Positions 1-11,982 of a stretch of DNA of 64,000 nucleotides are shown in pieces. The notes under the pieces were generated by a model that saw only the letters and a program-made list of their open reading frames with translations, did not search any database and was not told where the DNA came from. A program made the translations under genes and the position numbers. The DNA comes from Rebecca billardiae RCC1528 (lineage: Eukaryota; Protista; Haptophyta). How positions within the stretch are numbered: position 1 is the stretch's first letter; each line of letters opens with the position of its first letter. The DNA is taken from assembly GCA_965240325.2 (NCBI GenBank), contig OZ251242.1, positions 682,001-746,000 on the forward strand, written 5' to 3'.

Positions 1-474
1 GCGCGCCCAGCCCCCAGCCCGCCGCACCCGCGCCCAAGCCGCAGGCGCCCGCGTCCGCAGCGCCGCCGCCGCACCCGTCGCTGCCCCGCGCGCACTGCAG
101 CGGCGCCCTCCGCACAGGCAGCTCGGCGTGTTCGCCAGCAGGCGACGGCGACGACGGCCGGAGCCGGCTGCCCGCCCTCCTCTCCGCGACGACGACGGCG
201 GGCGCGCGCGGCGGGGCGGCGGCGCCTGCGCCGGGCGGCTCTTCGGGCGGCGGCGTGGCAGCGGCCCATCAGTTTGTCACGCCGCCTGCTGCCAGCGTCA
301 GCGCAGCCTGCGGCGGGGCGGCGGGGGCGGCGGCGGCGGCAGCGGCGGCGGCAGTCGTCGGCGCAGCAGCGCCTCAGCTGCCCTCAGCAGCAGCAACAGT
401 GTGCTATCAGTGTCAAGCGGCAACCCGCGAATGACGACAAGCCAGTAACTGTAATAAGTCGTATAGCAGCCGTA

Positions 475-3400
475 CACAGCAACGACTTCTTTTTTAAAGC
501 GGCCGTTAGCGTGTCCAGCGGCCAGATTAATTTTCGAAAAATTACTATGCGCTGCGCGCGCGCCCCTAGGGGGCGGCGCGCGCGCGCGGCTGGTCCCCCC
601 TGCATGCCCGCACCGTCAGCTGCCTGATTGCCGCTACCCAGCCCCGCTACCGTCGCGCGCGACATCCGCGCCGTAAATCACCGTCACCGAGCGGTCCGGC
701 GAGCGCGCCGCCATCAATTTGCTCCTGAGTGCCGAAAACTCCTTCTCCGGAAGCCCAGCCTCCTCGCGCAGGAGCTTGCGCGCCGTCATGCACTCCGCGA
801 TCAGGTCGATCGCGTCGGTCTCCGCCCTGCGCTGCCATTCGCGCTGCCGCTTGGCGTACTTCTTCAGCCAGAGCCGCCGCACCTTGTCGCCGAACTCCTC
901 TGCCCACGTCGCAAGCGACACGCGGCGCACGAGCTGCGCGACCGTCGAGATGTGCGGCTCCGCCGTCGACTTCTTCCCCTCGGCGTACTCGCGGACGAAT
1001 GCGTTGAGTGACTTGCGCGCGTGCACGAGCGGCATCGCACGCTTGGTCACCTGCACGAAATGCCCCTGCACCTGCTCGTCCGCGAGCTGCACGAGGCGCC
1101 CCCGCCGCCTGAGGCGAGACGCCGTCTGCGCCCGCCTCCGTGACCGCCCAGACGTTGAAGCGGAGCGGTGGGACGTTGTGCGAGCCCTGGCCGGCGAGGC
1201 TGGCGAGGCTGACGTATGCGCCGGTGTACGCCACGATGGCCTTCTGCTCCTCCGCGTAGTCGGCCGCCTCGGCGCCGCCGCCAAAACCGCCGCCGGCCGC
1301 GCTGCCGCCTGCAGAGGCAGTGCTGCCACCGAGGCCGCGCTGCTGCGCGCCGCCGCCGGCCGCGCCGCCGCCGGCCGCGCCGCCACCAGCCGCACCACCA
1401 GCCGCACTGTCAGCCGCGCCGCTGGCCGCGCCACATGCCGCGCCACCGGCCGCGCGGACGCCAGCACCGGCTGTGCCGCCAGCCACGCCGCTGCCACTGC
1501 CGGCCGCGCCGCCCACGCCGCCGCCCGCGCCCGCGCCCGCGCCCGCGTTGCCAGCCGCGCCGCCGGCCGCGCCGCCGGCCGCGCCGCCGGCCGCGCCGCC
1601 GGCCGCGCCGCCGGCTGCGCCACCGGCCGCGCGGACGCCAGCGCCAGCGGTGCCACCAGCCACGCAGCTGCCGCTGCTGCTGCCACCAGTGCTGCTGCTG
1701 CCGCCCGCACCGGCCGCGCCGCCGCCGGCCGCGCCACCGCCGGCCGCGCCGCCGCCGGCCGCGCCGCCGCCGGCCGCGCGATCGCCAGCGCTGTCAGCCG
1801 CGCCGCTGTCCGCGCCACCGGCCGCACCTCCGGCCGCGCCTCCAGCCGCGCGGACGCCAGCGCCAGCTGTGCCGCCAGCCACGCCACTGCAGCTGCCGCC
1901 CGCGCCGCCCGCGCCGCCGCCAGCACCCGCGCCCGCGTTGCCAGCCGCGCCGCCGGCCGCGTCCGGCCGCGTCGCCGGGCGCACCGCCGCCTGGCGCGCA
2001 GTTGTCGGGCGTGCCGCCGTCGGGCGCGCCGCCACCGGGCCCGCCATCGCCCGCGCTGTCAGCCGCGCCGCCGGCCGCGCCGCAGGCCGCGCCACCGGCC
2101 GCGCGGACGCCAACGCCGGCTGTGTCGCCAGTCACGCCGCTGTCGCTGCAGCTGCCGCCGCTGCTGCCGGCCGCGCCGGCCGCGCGCGGCCGCGCCGCCG
2201 GCCGCGCCGCCGCCGGCAGTGCCGCCGCCGGCCGCGCCACCGCCCGCGCTGTCAGCCGCGCCGCTGGCCGCGCCGCCGGCCGCGCCACCGGCCGCACGGA
2301 CGCCAGCGCCGACTGTGCCGCCAGCCACGCCGCTGCCGCTGCCGCTCGCGCCGGCCGCGCCGCCGCCCGTGCCCGCGGACGCGCCCGCGTTGCCAGCCGC
2401 GCCGCCCGCCGCGCCGCCGGCCGCGCCGCCGACCGCGCAACCGGCCGCGCGGACTCCAGCGCCGGCGGCACCGCCAGCTACGCCGCTACCGCTGCCGCTG
2501 CCGCCGCTGCCGCCGGCCGCGCCGCCGGCCGCGTCGCCGGCCGCGCCGCCTGCAGCGCCGCCAGCCGCGCCGCCCTGCCGCGCTGGCCACGTGCAGCGGC
2601 GGCAGCTGGCGGCGCCGGTCGCGGTGGGAGCCGGCCGCTCCGGATCACGTCATTGATCCCGTCGGCGTCCGCACTCCATAGCTCGGGCATGTCCGAGTCC
2701 GGCCGCTCCGAGATGGCGATCGCCTCCGACGACGCGAGCGCAACACCCTCATAGTTGCGCACGATGGCGATCGTGGCCGCGCGCGAGTGCGCTGCGTTTG
2801 GCCCGTGTCCGCCGAGAGGAGGAGGACATGCGGCTGCCCGCGCGGGCGCGCGGACTTGCCGTAGTGCTCCAAGCGATCCAGCACGGCGCCCACGGCCTGC
2901 GCCCACGGCCGCGCCGCCGACTCGCTGCCGATCATCATCACGCCCGCGCCCGCGTGCTCGCGATTGCGCAGCGCGCTCTCACGTGAGCCAGCCACCGGCG
3001 GCGGGATCGGGTGGCGCATGCCCAGGTTGAGCCACGTCGAGAACTCTCGGGCTGGCGCGAGCCCACGATGCTCAGTGTGCGGTCCTTCTCGCGCGCCTAG
3101 TGCACGACGCCCTCGTCGTCGAGCGAGGTGAAGGCATGCAAGACGAGCGCGTCTCACGAGAAGAGCCGCAGCTTGGCTACACGCAGCAGGTTGTTCTTCT
3201 TCCGCTGGGCCTTGATGGCGACGAGGCTGTTGACGCTGCGCTTGACCTCCGCCAGGTAGTTCTCGTTCGGCATGATCGAGTGGTCCACCTCGCTCGCGGC
3301 CTCGCGCGCGCGCAGCTTGAGCATCTCGTGCGGCTGAGCGCCGCGGCCATGCGCAGCCATGCAGATGCGGCAGAGACGTGGCGCCCGATGCGTTAGGCAC

Positions 3401-4035
3401 CTTTGCGATGCAGCTTGGGCTTCCTAGGCTTCGCGCAGGAACGCTTGCCCTTGCCCACGGTGAGCACAGCCGTCGCCATTGCTGCGCGCGGCGAGCGCGG
3501 TCCCGCGCGGCCGTGCCGGGCGCAGCCGCAGCAAGTTAGTCTGATGCAAATTCCCGGTCACCCATGCAAAAGTAAGCGTTCCCGCTGCGCATGTGCGTGC
3601 ATCACGAGTAACCCGCCGCCTGAATAACAACTCCGCGCCCCTCCATACACTTCCTGCATCCCCGCGCGCAGCGGCGTGCGGGCGGGCGCGAATTCGCACC
3701 GTGTTACGAACAGACCTAGCAAAGTAGATCGGTGTGGCGCGTCGGGACGCGGAGCGGGTGCGGGGCAGGCGGGGGATATGTTGGGGAACACCCGCGATTA
3801 GAGCACCGGTGGCGCAGCGGCGACGTGGACGCCGCCACACGCGCACGCACGGCGCGCGCTCGCACCGCGAGTCGCCAACGTCCGCTCGCCAAGCCCTGCG
3901 ACGGCGTCCGTGCGACGCCGAGCGACGAACGCTCTCGGGATTTGGCCCGGACCACCAGATTCAGCCGTTAACGGCCGAAAATTCATTTGTTGGAGTTTCC
4001 TTAACGGCCGCTTTAAAAAAGAAATCGTTGCTGTG
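475..4035. mobile_element. TIR DNA transposon-like element, probably non-autonomous, TA-flanked
   Basis: 34-bp terminal inverted repeats cacagcaacgacttcttttttaaagcggccgtta (475-508) and taacggccgctttaaaaaagaaatcgttgctgtg (4002-4035), 1 mismatch. TA lies immediately outside both ends (473-474, 4036-4037), and the right end runs into (TA)n. Confidence 0.85.
634..3400 (-). pseudogene. Frameshifted or spliced coding-like sequence inside the TIR element, with a long Gly/Ala low-complexity core
   Basis: Protein-like segments occur in successive minus frames (HEMLKLRAREAASEVD..., EFSTWLNLGMRH..., IVRNYEGVALASSE..., EAADYAEEQKAIVAY..., LNAFVREYAEGKK...). They are separated by a GCC-rich repeat tract at ~1280-2600. 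No DDE motif was recognised. Confidence 0.4.
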
Positions 4036-5052
4036 TATATATATATATATATATAGATGATCGATCGCACTCATCCCGTGCCTCGTCCGCGCGGGCGCCC
4101 TTGTTATATATATAGGCCATGAGCGGCTAACGACTCAGACGACGAGCCGTACCATGACCAGGCGGCCGCGCTGGCCGACGGCCGGCGGCGGGCCGCGCAG
4201 CGCGCGCCGGGCGGCCGAGGCCGGCTCCCTATGAGGTGGCCGCGTGGTGGGTGCTGCGAGCATTCAGGTGGGGTCGGCAGAGCTTCGCAGGATGCTGATC
4301 CGCAGCTGCCAGAGCGTGTGCACGGCGTCTACCCGGCAACTTGGCGGCCGCTCGCGCCTGAGCGCACAGCGCGCTCCAGCCGCAGAGCACCGTGACTGCC
4401 ACCGGGTGCACGGTTGAACGCGTGGTCGGCCCACAGGCTGCTGGTGGGCGCGCAAGCGGTGCCTAGCTGGCCCGCGGCCTCGGTGGCGTCGCGCACCACG
4501 CCTCCCGGCCCGCACCATCGTTCGGTGCTCGCACCAGACTGGCTCGACAGGCGGCAACCGGGTGCGCACATGGGCCCCGGCGATGAGCCCGCGGCGACGG
4601 GATCAGCCGTTCGCGGGCGCTTGCGAGGGCATTTCGATGTTCGGGAGCGACCGGGCGGGACAGTGCCACCTGACCCGCGAGGCGCGCACCCGCAAAGCGC
4701 GACACGACACCCCGACTGGCCGCCGCGTGGCGGCGGCGGGCTGGGCCGTACGGTTTCAGTGCCCCGGTCCGCGCCAAAGCAGGCAGACGGATGCGCGCGC
4801 ACGGGGCGGTCGGCCGCAGGAGCCGGGCCGCCTGCGAGCTGAATGACGAGTTGGCTTCACCTCGGCTTCACGCCGGTGGCCAGCTCGCGCTCGTGCGCCC
4901 AGCAGCCCGCCCCCGGGCGGCGGGGGTCGGCTCGGCGAAGGGCGCGAGGGGGGCGCCTTCGCGACGCCGCGTCTCCCGGACTCCATCCACACTTGCCCGC
5001 CGGGAGCCCGCGTTTACGTCCCCTGCCCCGGACCGGGAGGTCCGGGTCAAAA

Positions 5053-5851
5053 TAACCCCTCTTAGACCACAGTGTCTAACGAGAACTTTAGTCGGGCCAA
5101 CCGTCGGCGGCCCTTGGCAACATCGCCATTGACGGCCGGTAGAGGCCGGCAGTAAGGCAGGATCCAGGCGGAGGCTCTCACCAGAGTTGGCGGCGCCGCG
5201 CGCGCCGCGCGCGCACGCAAGGAGAGACACCATTCGGATCGTAGCTGGCAGCCAAGGGCCCAGTAGGCAGCCGAACGCGTGAGGCCTCGGAGAGAGGTAG
5301 CTGGCAAATGGAACATCCAGGACGTACAAACGTACACGGATGCAGCCGTACGGGCAATACGTATGATGCAGAGGTACACTGTCGCGCGACAGGAAGAGTG
5401 TGAAGTCGATCAGTCATCGCCGCCGCGCGCGCGCGCGCGCCAGTGCAGAAGGGAGAGGACAGGCGGAGCCGGGACCAAACGCGGAGCCCACGAAGGCAGA
5501 GGCTCGTGCGACACACGAGGATCACACGCCGCACGAGGACCGTGGCCGGGTGCGGCCCCCGAGCAGCGGGCAGAGGCGACCTATCGACGGTCGCCACACC
5601 GAGTGGCAGCCATTTCGTCCTGCGGCGAAGTCTTGCGGCCGGGCGCGCCTCCTGCGCCGCGCCCCTGGCGCGGAGCGTGGACGGGCGCAGGTTTGCGCCT
5701 CGCGCCGGCGCATCTTGGGCTCAAGCCCGTCGAAGAGCACGTGTTTGCGTCGCGCTTCGAAGGAGGGGGTTGGCAGCTCTTGTGGAGGAGGGCTCGGCGC
5801 GAGACGCTGTCGAGCAAGGGTCGCCTCCTTCCACAGGAATCAAAGCTCTTT
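5053..5851 (+). repeat. Split direct repeat A1 (799 bp)
   Basis: Matches 12516-13314 with no difference seen by eye. Confidence 0.95.
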
Positions 5852-6631
5852 TTGTTGGTTTGGTTAAGATTGACATTGTATAGAGGGCGACATACATTGT
5901 ATCCTCCGGGTCGAGAGTCTCGACAGCTGCGTTGAACAATCGTGTTGAGTGACGATGCTGTGTCTGCGGTAGCTCGCGAGCTCCGCCCAGCGCGCCTAAC
6001 TACACTGGACCTTGCGGCGGACGCGCTCATCAGTGGAACCACATACGATGAGTGTACGCACGCACAGAGCAAGCCCAGAGGTGGGTAGGAAGCCACTCAA
6101 GTACGGGTTTGGCAGGCTTAGAAGCTTTCCTTGGAGTTGACGATGTGAAATCCGCCCACGTTACAGTGACGATCGAGGTAGTTGGGCCTCCTGCATCAGG
6201 CTGTGGAGGTTGAGTGATGACACTGTGTTTGCGGAACTGCTCGCGAGCGCCGCCCAGTTGATTTACTCAGCTGATCAACAATCGATGCATAGGGTATACA
6301 GTATGGGGAACGATCTGCTCGGGGTAGAGAGTCTTGAAAGCCTGTAGTGGGCCCAAAGTCTTTCCCTCTGGAGTTGGCAAGTACCGCTGATACAACCGAC
6401 TACCGAGCCAAAACATCATGAACTGAGCTGAGAGGGCTGCGTTGGACATTCAATAAACGTGAAAGAGTAGGCTGTTGACATTCAATCAAAAGCCACTCCA
6501 GTAGCGGTTCACTGTTCAGCCTCTGTGCTGGTGACTCGCGGGGTGTAGGGGGGCGGTACCGCCGCTTGCCCAACCCCCACGCGACTCACTTAGACCAGCC
6601 CCCCCGGTAGGGGCGCCGACTGACGATTCAG

Positions 6632-8413
6632 ATGCGACCCGTCTTTATCTTCTGTCTGTGTCCCTGCCGGGGGAACAATTCCCGCCGGGTGCGAGCCGTG
6701 GAGCACCCCTCAGTGGCAGTCGGCCGATACTGGGTTAGGGGGGCGGGTAATAAATCCCCTGAATACGTCGCCGTGGAGCAGAGAGAGTGGCGAACTCGCT
6801 GTCACGTTGAAAAAAAGAACAGCCCTCTTACTGTCAGCGGCAGCAGTAGGAGCAAACGGACCGCACTATCCCCGACTGGGGTCCTGCGTAAGGCAAATAT
6901 GACTAAAGCTTCTGTTTCCAAAACTACGCGTAACCAAGGGGGCCGGGCCGCGCCTAAACAGGCGGCGCGCCGCGAGCCATCAACAAGGAAGAAGGTACCG
7001 ATCCGAGAGGAGAACGATTCGGATCACCGGGGGGAAAACGATTCGGAGATGGATGATCAGGATGACGATGACCAGGAAGAGACTACTTTCCAGGAGGGTC
7101 GGGTGATCAGATCGATTGAACCACCTCTCCAGGTGGAAGACATCGTCCCCCAAACAAGGAACGACGTTGACTATGAAGTAGATCCCAACGCAAGGAGAGG
7201 GCGGAAAGGATCACAGGCGGGGCAAGCAGGAGCTGCCGCCCGCCCGCGCGCCACCAGGGCCGAGACTCGGGGTGGTTCTCGCGGGGAAAACAATGCCCGT
7301 CGTGCAAAGGCCGCACAGTCAACCCCGCCGGTTGCAAACCGTGCAGCCGGCGCTGACAAGAAACGGAAAGGCCAGGCAGATGAAGGTCGGCAACTCAGGC
7401 AGGGGCCCCTGTCGAACAAACGACAGCGGGCGGCCACGCCAGAGCCCGACAAAAATGGTGACTCAGGCAGTGATTCCGAATTAGGCGAAGATACGGACGA
7501 TGACATTCCGAGGGGGGAGTATGAAGACGACGAGTTCCTTTCTGATCGGGAAACCGAAGTCACTCCGGTCACAAAAAAGAGACGGCGCAGGCCCAAGCAT
7601 CGAGGCGGCAAGAGTCGCAGAGGGACACTAGCCGGCAGCGAGGGCGAGTCACAATCTGGCTCTCGGGCGGGCGAGGATAGCCTCCGGGGAGCCGGGCTGC
7701 TACAGTCGATACCACCACAGCTAGGGGGCATGGGAGGACCCTTGGCTGGCCCGGGGCCATTGTCGAATTTAGCCATCCAAAATTCGCTGCAGCAAGCACT
7801 GACAGGGCAAGCGATCGCCCCGATTGTGGCCCTGCAGGCTTATCTGCCCCAGACAGCAAACATGCTGGACGATGCACAAATCACACACGGGGCTGATGGA
7901 TCAGTGCAAACGAAGTTTAGCGTGCGAGCGGCACGGCGCATTCGCACACTCGAAGATTTTGTCATAGCATACTCTCGGTTTCTTCGCAACCAACACCAGG
8001 CGGACATGGGCTCCATCCTCAAGGCAGCCCTCGAGCACCTTGAGCGAGTGGCGTCTATGTCTCGGAATCACAACCCACAAACAGCCGTGGCGTACGACGA
8101 ATTAGTGCGGATGCACGCGGGGGAGACCGGCTTAATGGGCGAACTGCAGTATGCTTTCAACTCTGAGGCAATGACTACGGCCATCACGAAGCATAATTTC
8201 CGCGGCCCGCACGAGTCAGGGGGCGGTGGAGACGGCGGGCCGATCTGCCGCCTATTCAACAAACCGGGAGGCTGCTCATACAGTAAATGCAAATTCGCAC
8301 ACAAATGCACACGTTGTCAGGGGAAATTCAGCAGGGATGTCAAATATTGTCCGAGGTGCTGCAGCGACAAGCCAGGCAGGGATCCGAAGGGGAGAGCCAA
8401 AACGGACGGCTAG
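6632..8413 (+). CDS. Gag-like ORF1 with C-terminal CCCH zinc finger
   Basis: 593-aa ORF (alternative start ATG 6899). Charged disordered N-terminus, AYDELVR motif and CRLFNKPGGCSYSKCKFAHKC..C knuckle typical of DIRS/Ngaro gag. Confidence 0.85.
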   Translation: MRPVFIFCLCPCRGNNSRRVRAVEHPSVAVGRYWVRGAGNKSPEYVAVEQREWRTRCHVEKKNSPLTVSGSSRSKRTALSPTGVLRKANMTKASVSKTTRNQGGRAAPKQAARREPSTRKKVPIREENDSDHRGENDSEMDDQDDDDQEETTFQEGRVIRSIEPPLQVEDIVPQTRNDVDYEVDPNARRGRKGSQAGQAGAAARPRATRAETRGGSRGENNARRAKAAQSTPPVANRAAGADKKRKGQADEGRQLRQGPLSNKRQRAATPEPDKNGDSGSDSELGEDTDDDIPRGEYEDDEFLSDRETEVTPVTKKRRRRPKHRGGKSRRGTLAGSEGESQSGSRAGEDSLRGAGLLQSIPPQLGGMGGPLAGPGPLSNLAIQNSLQQALTGQAIAPIVALQAYLPQTANMLDDAQITHGADGSVQTKFSVRAARRIRTLEDFVIAYSRFLRNQHQADMGSILKAALEHLERVASMSRNHNPQTAVAYDELVRMHAGETGLMGELQYAFNSEAMTTAITKHNFRGPHESGGGGDGGPICRLFNKPGGCSYSKCKFAHKCTRCQGKFSRDVKYCPRCCSDKPGRDPKGRAKTDG

Positions 8414-8544
8414 TCCACTAGCCCGATCATTCGACCGTAACCTCACCAGCAAGTAATCCCGCCCGGCAAGATAGTTGCAACATCCCCTCAGCAATATCCG
8501 ACGACCCCCTGCTCAACCCCCCTGAGCCAATTCCACAATGTCCA

Positions 8545-9909
8545 GTGTGTAGTCTAGCATGTTACGACTGTGCGTGCCAGCACAGTCAATTTTACGATAA
8601 AATCTACCGAGGCTGCCCGCTCTTCGACGCACTGGCGAGTTGGCGGCAGCTCCTCCCGCCAGGCGACAGCACCGACGAGGCAGCACATGTTACAAGATAC
8701 GTGGTGGCATGTGTGTACAGCGGTTTTAGCTGCTTCCCGGGACTGGCGTCGGCGGGAGGCGACGATCCAACATACTCGTTAGCGCAGAGCAGCCTCGCCC
8801 ATTGTGATCAGTACAATTATGATTCAGTGCACAAACATCGAGACAAGGCAGCAGACCAGGTCGAGGACTGGCTCAAAAACGGATGGGCGGTGCAAGCTGA
8901 ACCAGATCGCTCTGTTTTTACGCCCCTCCCCGACGGCTCAGTCAGGCACGACCGGCTCTGTGTCACACCTCTCGGGGTGGTCCCGAAACACGGCTCGTAC
9001 GATGAAATCCGCATGATATTTGACTGTCGGCGCTCCGGGTTGAACGAAACTATACCCGATATTCCGTTTCGCTACCGCGAAGTGAATCACGCGTGTAAGG
9101 CTCTGCAGCCAGGTTATTGGATGGCGAAGGTGGACATTAAAAGTGCGTTCCCACACATTCATCTCCGTCCAGACGACTGGCGACACTTGGGCTTTGCCTG
9201 GCAGGATGGGTTCTGCCACATGACTCGCATGCCTTTCGGGGCAAAGAGTGCGCCGTATGTATTTTCACTGGTCGGAGATGCAGTTCGCCGGGCCTTCATG
9301 GCAATCGCTCCCGACGGGGTAGTGGCACTAGTCAACTACCTCGACGATTTTCTACTGATCTGCAGAGACAAAGCCTCGTGTGAGGCGGCACTGGAGGCTT
9401 TTCACGCGCTCCTGGCCAAACTCGGCCTGGTCGTGAGGGAGGATAAGACAGTGCCGCCGACCCGTCGCTGTGAGTTTTTAGGAGTCGTCCTCGACTCGGT
9501 GAAGTGCGAGCTGACAGTCACCAGGGAGCGGCTTACCAACGTAAAAATCGAAATCGACAGTATTTTGCGGCGGCGGACGGCGGCGTCAGTGGCTCAGCTT
9601 GAGTCCCTGTGCGGCCGACTAGGCTGGCTCGCGCGAGCCAACCCTCGGTGCCGTCCGTACCTACGCCGCTTGCTCGTGCTCGTGCACGCGCGCGCGCGCG
9701 GGACGCAGCGCGCGCGCGCGCGCGCGCGCGCGCGACGCGAGTCAGCAGACGACGACGAAAATAGCGAAGCGGCGCGACGGCGCGGCGAGGAGGGGGACCA
9801 AGAACCTGCCCGTGCGCTTGTCCGCAACAACAAAAGACGATCTGCGCTGGTGGGCGCGCGCGGTGCGCCACTGGCAGCCGCGCACATTGTTTTTAGAAGA
9901 ACGACCTAA
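8545..9909 (+). CDS. Reverse transcriptase (DIRS type)
   Basis: Motifs PLGVVPK, RMIFDCR, AKVDIKSAF, MPFGAKSAP, NYLDDFL, EFLGVVLDS, LCGRLGW. Confidence 0.95.
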   Translation: MCSLACYDCACQHSQFYDKIYRGCPLFDALASWRQLLPPGDSTDEAAHVTRYVVACVYSGFSCFPGLASAGGDDPTYSLAQSSLAHCDQYNYDSVHKHRDKAADQVEDWLKNGWAVQAEPDRSVFTPLPDGSVRHDRLCVTPLGVVPKHGSYDEIRMIFDCRRSGLNETIPDIPFRYREVNHACKALQPGYWMAKVDIKSAFPHIHLRPDDWRHLGFAWQDGFCHMTRMPFGAKSAPYVFSLVGDAVRRAFMAIAPDGVVALVNYLDDFLLICRDKASCEAALEAFHALLAKLGLVVREDKTVPPTRRCEFLGVVLDSVKCELTVTRERLTNVKIEIDSILRRRTAASVAQLESLCGRLGWLARANPRCRPYLRRLLVLVHARARGTQRARARARARRESADDDENSEAARRRGEEGDQEPARALVRNNKRRSALVGARGAPLAAAHIVFRRTT

Positions 9910-10351
9910 GCCTTGCGTAGCCGTTTTCTCGGACGCCTCGGACAATGGCTGGGGCGCCACTGCACACGGCGAAGATACATTTGGCACTGGGTTTGCACAT
10001 CATTCCTTTTCACACATCTACCCAAAAGAATTATACGCGGTAGTCCGCGCCGCACAACGCTGGGGGCCGAAGTGGAAGGCCCAAAGGGTGCTTGCCTTTG
10101 TGGATAATAAAGCAGTCGTGGACTCAATAAACAAACACTCGACCCGGTGCGCCGAGACTCTGCCACTCTTGCGACAACTGAATCTTCTGGAAGTACGTCA
10201 TGGATTCCTTCTCCGTGCTACACACATTAGCGGCGTAGACAACGACTACGCCGATGCCCTGTCCAGAAAGGACAAGTGGCATCTCATTAAAAACATCCGC
10301 AAGCCGCCGCGGCGCGTGCGTCGCCCGGCGGGACTGTGGAACAAATTCTGA
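9812..10351 (+). CDS. RNase H domain (continues RT in a +1-shifted frame)
   Basis: DDLRWW, FSDASDNGWGA, KELYAV, VDNKAVV, HISGVDNDYADALSR. Confidence 0.9.
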   Translation: MRLSATTKDDLRWWARAVRHWQPRTLFLEERPKPCVAVFSDASDNGWGATAHGEDTFGTGFAHHSFSHIYPKELYAVVRAAQRWGPKWKAQRVLAFVDNKAVVDSINKHSTRCAETLPLLRQLNLLEVRHGFLLRATHISGVDNDYADALSRKDKWHLIKNIRKPPRRVRRPAGLWNKF

Positions 10352-10356
10352 GCTTA

Positions 10357-11385
10357 ATGGGCAGGCCACCGGCAGGCCCAACGAGGAAGGTATCTACGTT
10401 GAAACAATTAGATTCAGTGGTCGAGACAGTGGTTCAGGCGGGAGTGGAGGCAAATACGACTCGGTCGTACAATACTGCAGTCAAGGCGTGGCTGCGATTC
10501 TGCGGCCAATACCATCTACGGCCGGATGGGTTTCACATTAACAAGCAATTTGAACGGTTTGCTGGGTTCCTGCTGGCCGCTGGGAATTTGGCAAATACGG
10601 TAAAGACGTACACAGGGGCGGTCCGAGCTTGGGCACGAGCGAGAGGTTATACCGTCTGCAAACGTAGCTTCGTTGAAAAACGGATCGTACAGTTTATAGA
10701 AGCGCAACACGGAAAGACCCCCCTAAGGAAGCGGGGACTGACGGCGGCTCAACTTTCGACAGTTTGTGCTCGGCTGAAGTTGTCCCGAGCGCACCGAGAT
10801 AAGATGTGGCTTGCATTAGTCACTGTGGCGACATTCGGGCTGCTACGGTCTGAACATTTCTCTGCAGGGGGACACTCCGCTGTGGGGCAGGGTACCAGAA
10901 TCATACACTGGGACGACGTGCTTTGGGACACAACGGGAAAAGGGATATTTATCATTCTACACCGTGGCAAACGACAGCGCGAGCCAGTGGGCGTCTGGCT
11001 ACCTAAGCTCACCAACACTTCAGGGGTGTGCTGCCCGGTGCGGGCACTGCGAGATTGGTGGCAGTACAGTCGCTCACGCCTCCGACGAGGTGAGGTACCG
11101 TCGGGGCCAGTCTTTAGTTCAGCCAAGTCAAGAGGCTGCCCCCTACCATATGAGGAGGCGCTAGGGTGGGCACACGCCCTCGGAGTCTCCCTGGGGTTGG
11201 GGGGTACGGCCCTCGGGACACATACATGGCGGCGTACAGGGTTATGGCTGGCAGAGTCGGCCAAATTGACGGAGGACGACTGCAAGCTTATTGGCAGGTG
11301 GCATTCGGGCGTGTGGCGATCCTACTCGTCTCAGGCTTTGCGGCGAGGCCAATTATGTGCTCGAATGGCAAAAGCACTCGGCTAA
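10357..11385 (+). CDS. Tyrosine recombinase
   Basis: Catalytic motifs FGLLRSEH, CPVRAL, HTWRRTG and GRWHSGVWRSY. ATG lies 5 nt after the RNase H stop. Confidence 0.93.
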   Translation: MGRPPAGPTRKVSTLKQLDSVVETVVQAGVEANTTRSYNTAVKAWLRFCGQYHLRPDGFHINKQFERFAGFLLAAGNLANTVKTYTGAVRAWARARGYTVCKRSFVEKRIVQFIEAQHGKTPLRKRGLTAAQLSTVCARLKLSRAHRDKMWLALVTVATFGLLRSEHFSAGGHSAVGQGTRIIHWDDVLWDTTGKGIFIILHRGKRQREPVGVWLPKLTNTSGVCCPVRALRDWWQYSRSRLRRGEVPSGPVFSSAKSRGCPLPYEEALGWAHALGVSLGLGGTALGTHTWRRTGLWLAESAKLTEDDCKLIGRWHSGVWRSYSSQALRRGQLCARMAKALG

Positions 11386-11982
11386 GGCTAGGCACTGGTC
11401 AGACATTGCGATTGATGCAACCGACCACGCCAAGGCTGGAAGCAAGCCCACTTGTCGAGTTATACACACGATCATAGATATATATATATATATATTTAAT
11501 TAATTAATGAATTTATTCACATATGACTCATTGACCGTTCCTGACAGTGCGTCGAGTGGCGGGACAGCAGTGGTCGCTAGTGTTAAACAGTAGTTGTGTT
11601 GTGCATTTTGTCAAACGATGACAGTCATTCGTGCTGACGGAGAATGCACCCCCCCCCCCCCCCTTGCCCTGCTCGCACAGGTACTTTGTACTACCGGATG
11701 CACAAATCGCATGCCAGTAGACATACAATCTATATTGTTATTGTTTGGGAGAGTGATCGAACCAGGAGCCCAACTCAGGCGGGAACTAGCAGTGTGCGGC
11801 CGAATATTGTGAGTAGTTTTTCCATCGATGACCACCATCGGTCCGTCCGCTCTACATGTGGGGGATAAACTGGACAGTGCGGTCAGAAGCCCTGGCTAGC
11901 GATAGTTGTTGCTGGTCCGATATGGAAGAACCGACCGACACAGTGATACTTATCAGTGTGTCGCTCCGGTCCATCCGGTTTG

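Noticed and set aside
719-2754. Long Ala/Arg/Pro ORFs on the plus strand
   Set aside because: Produced by GCC-rich low-complexity repeats that are open in all frames.
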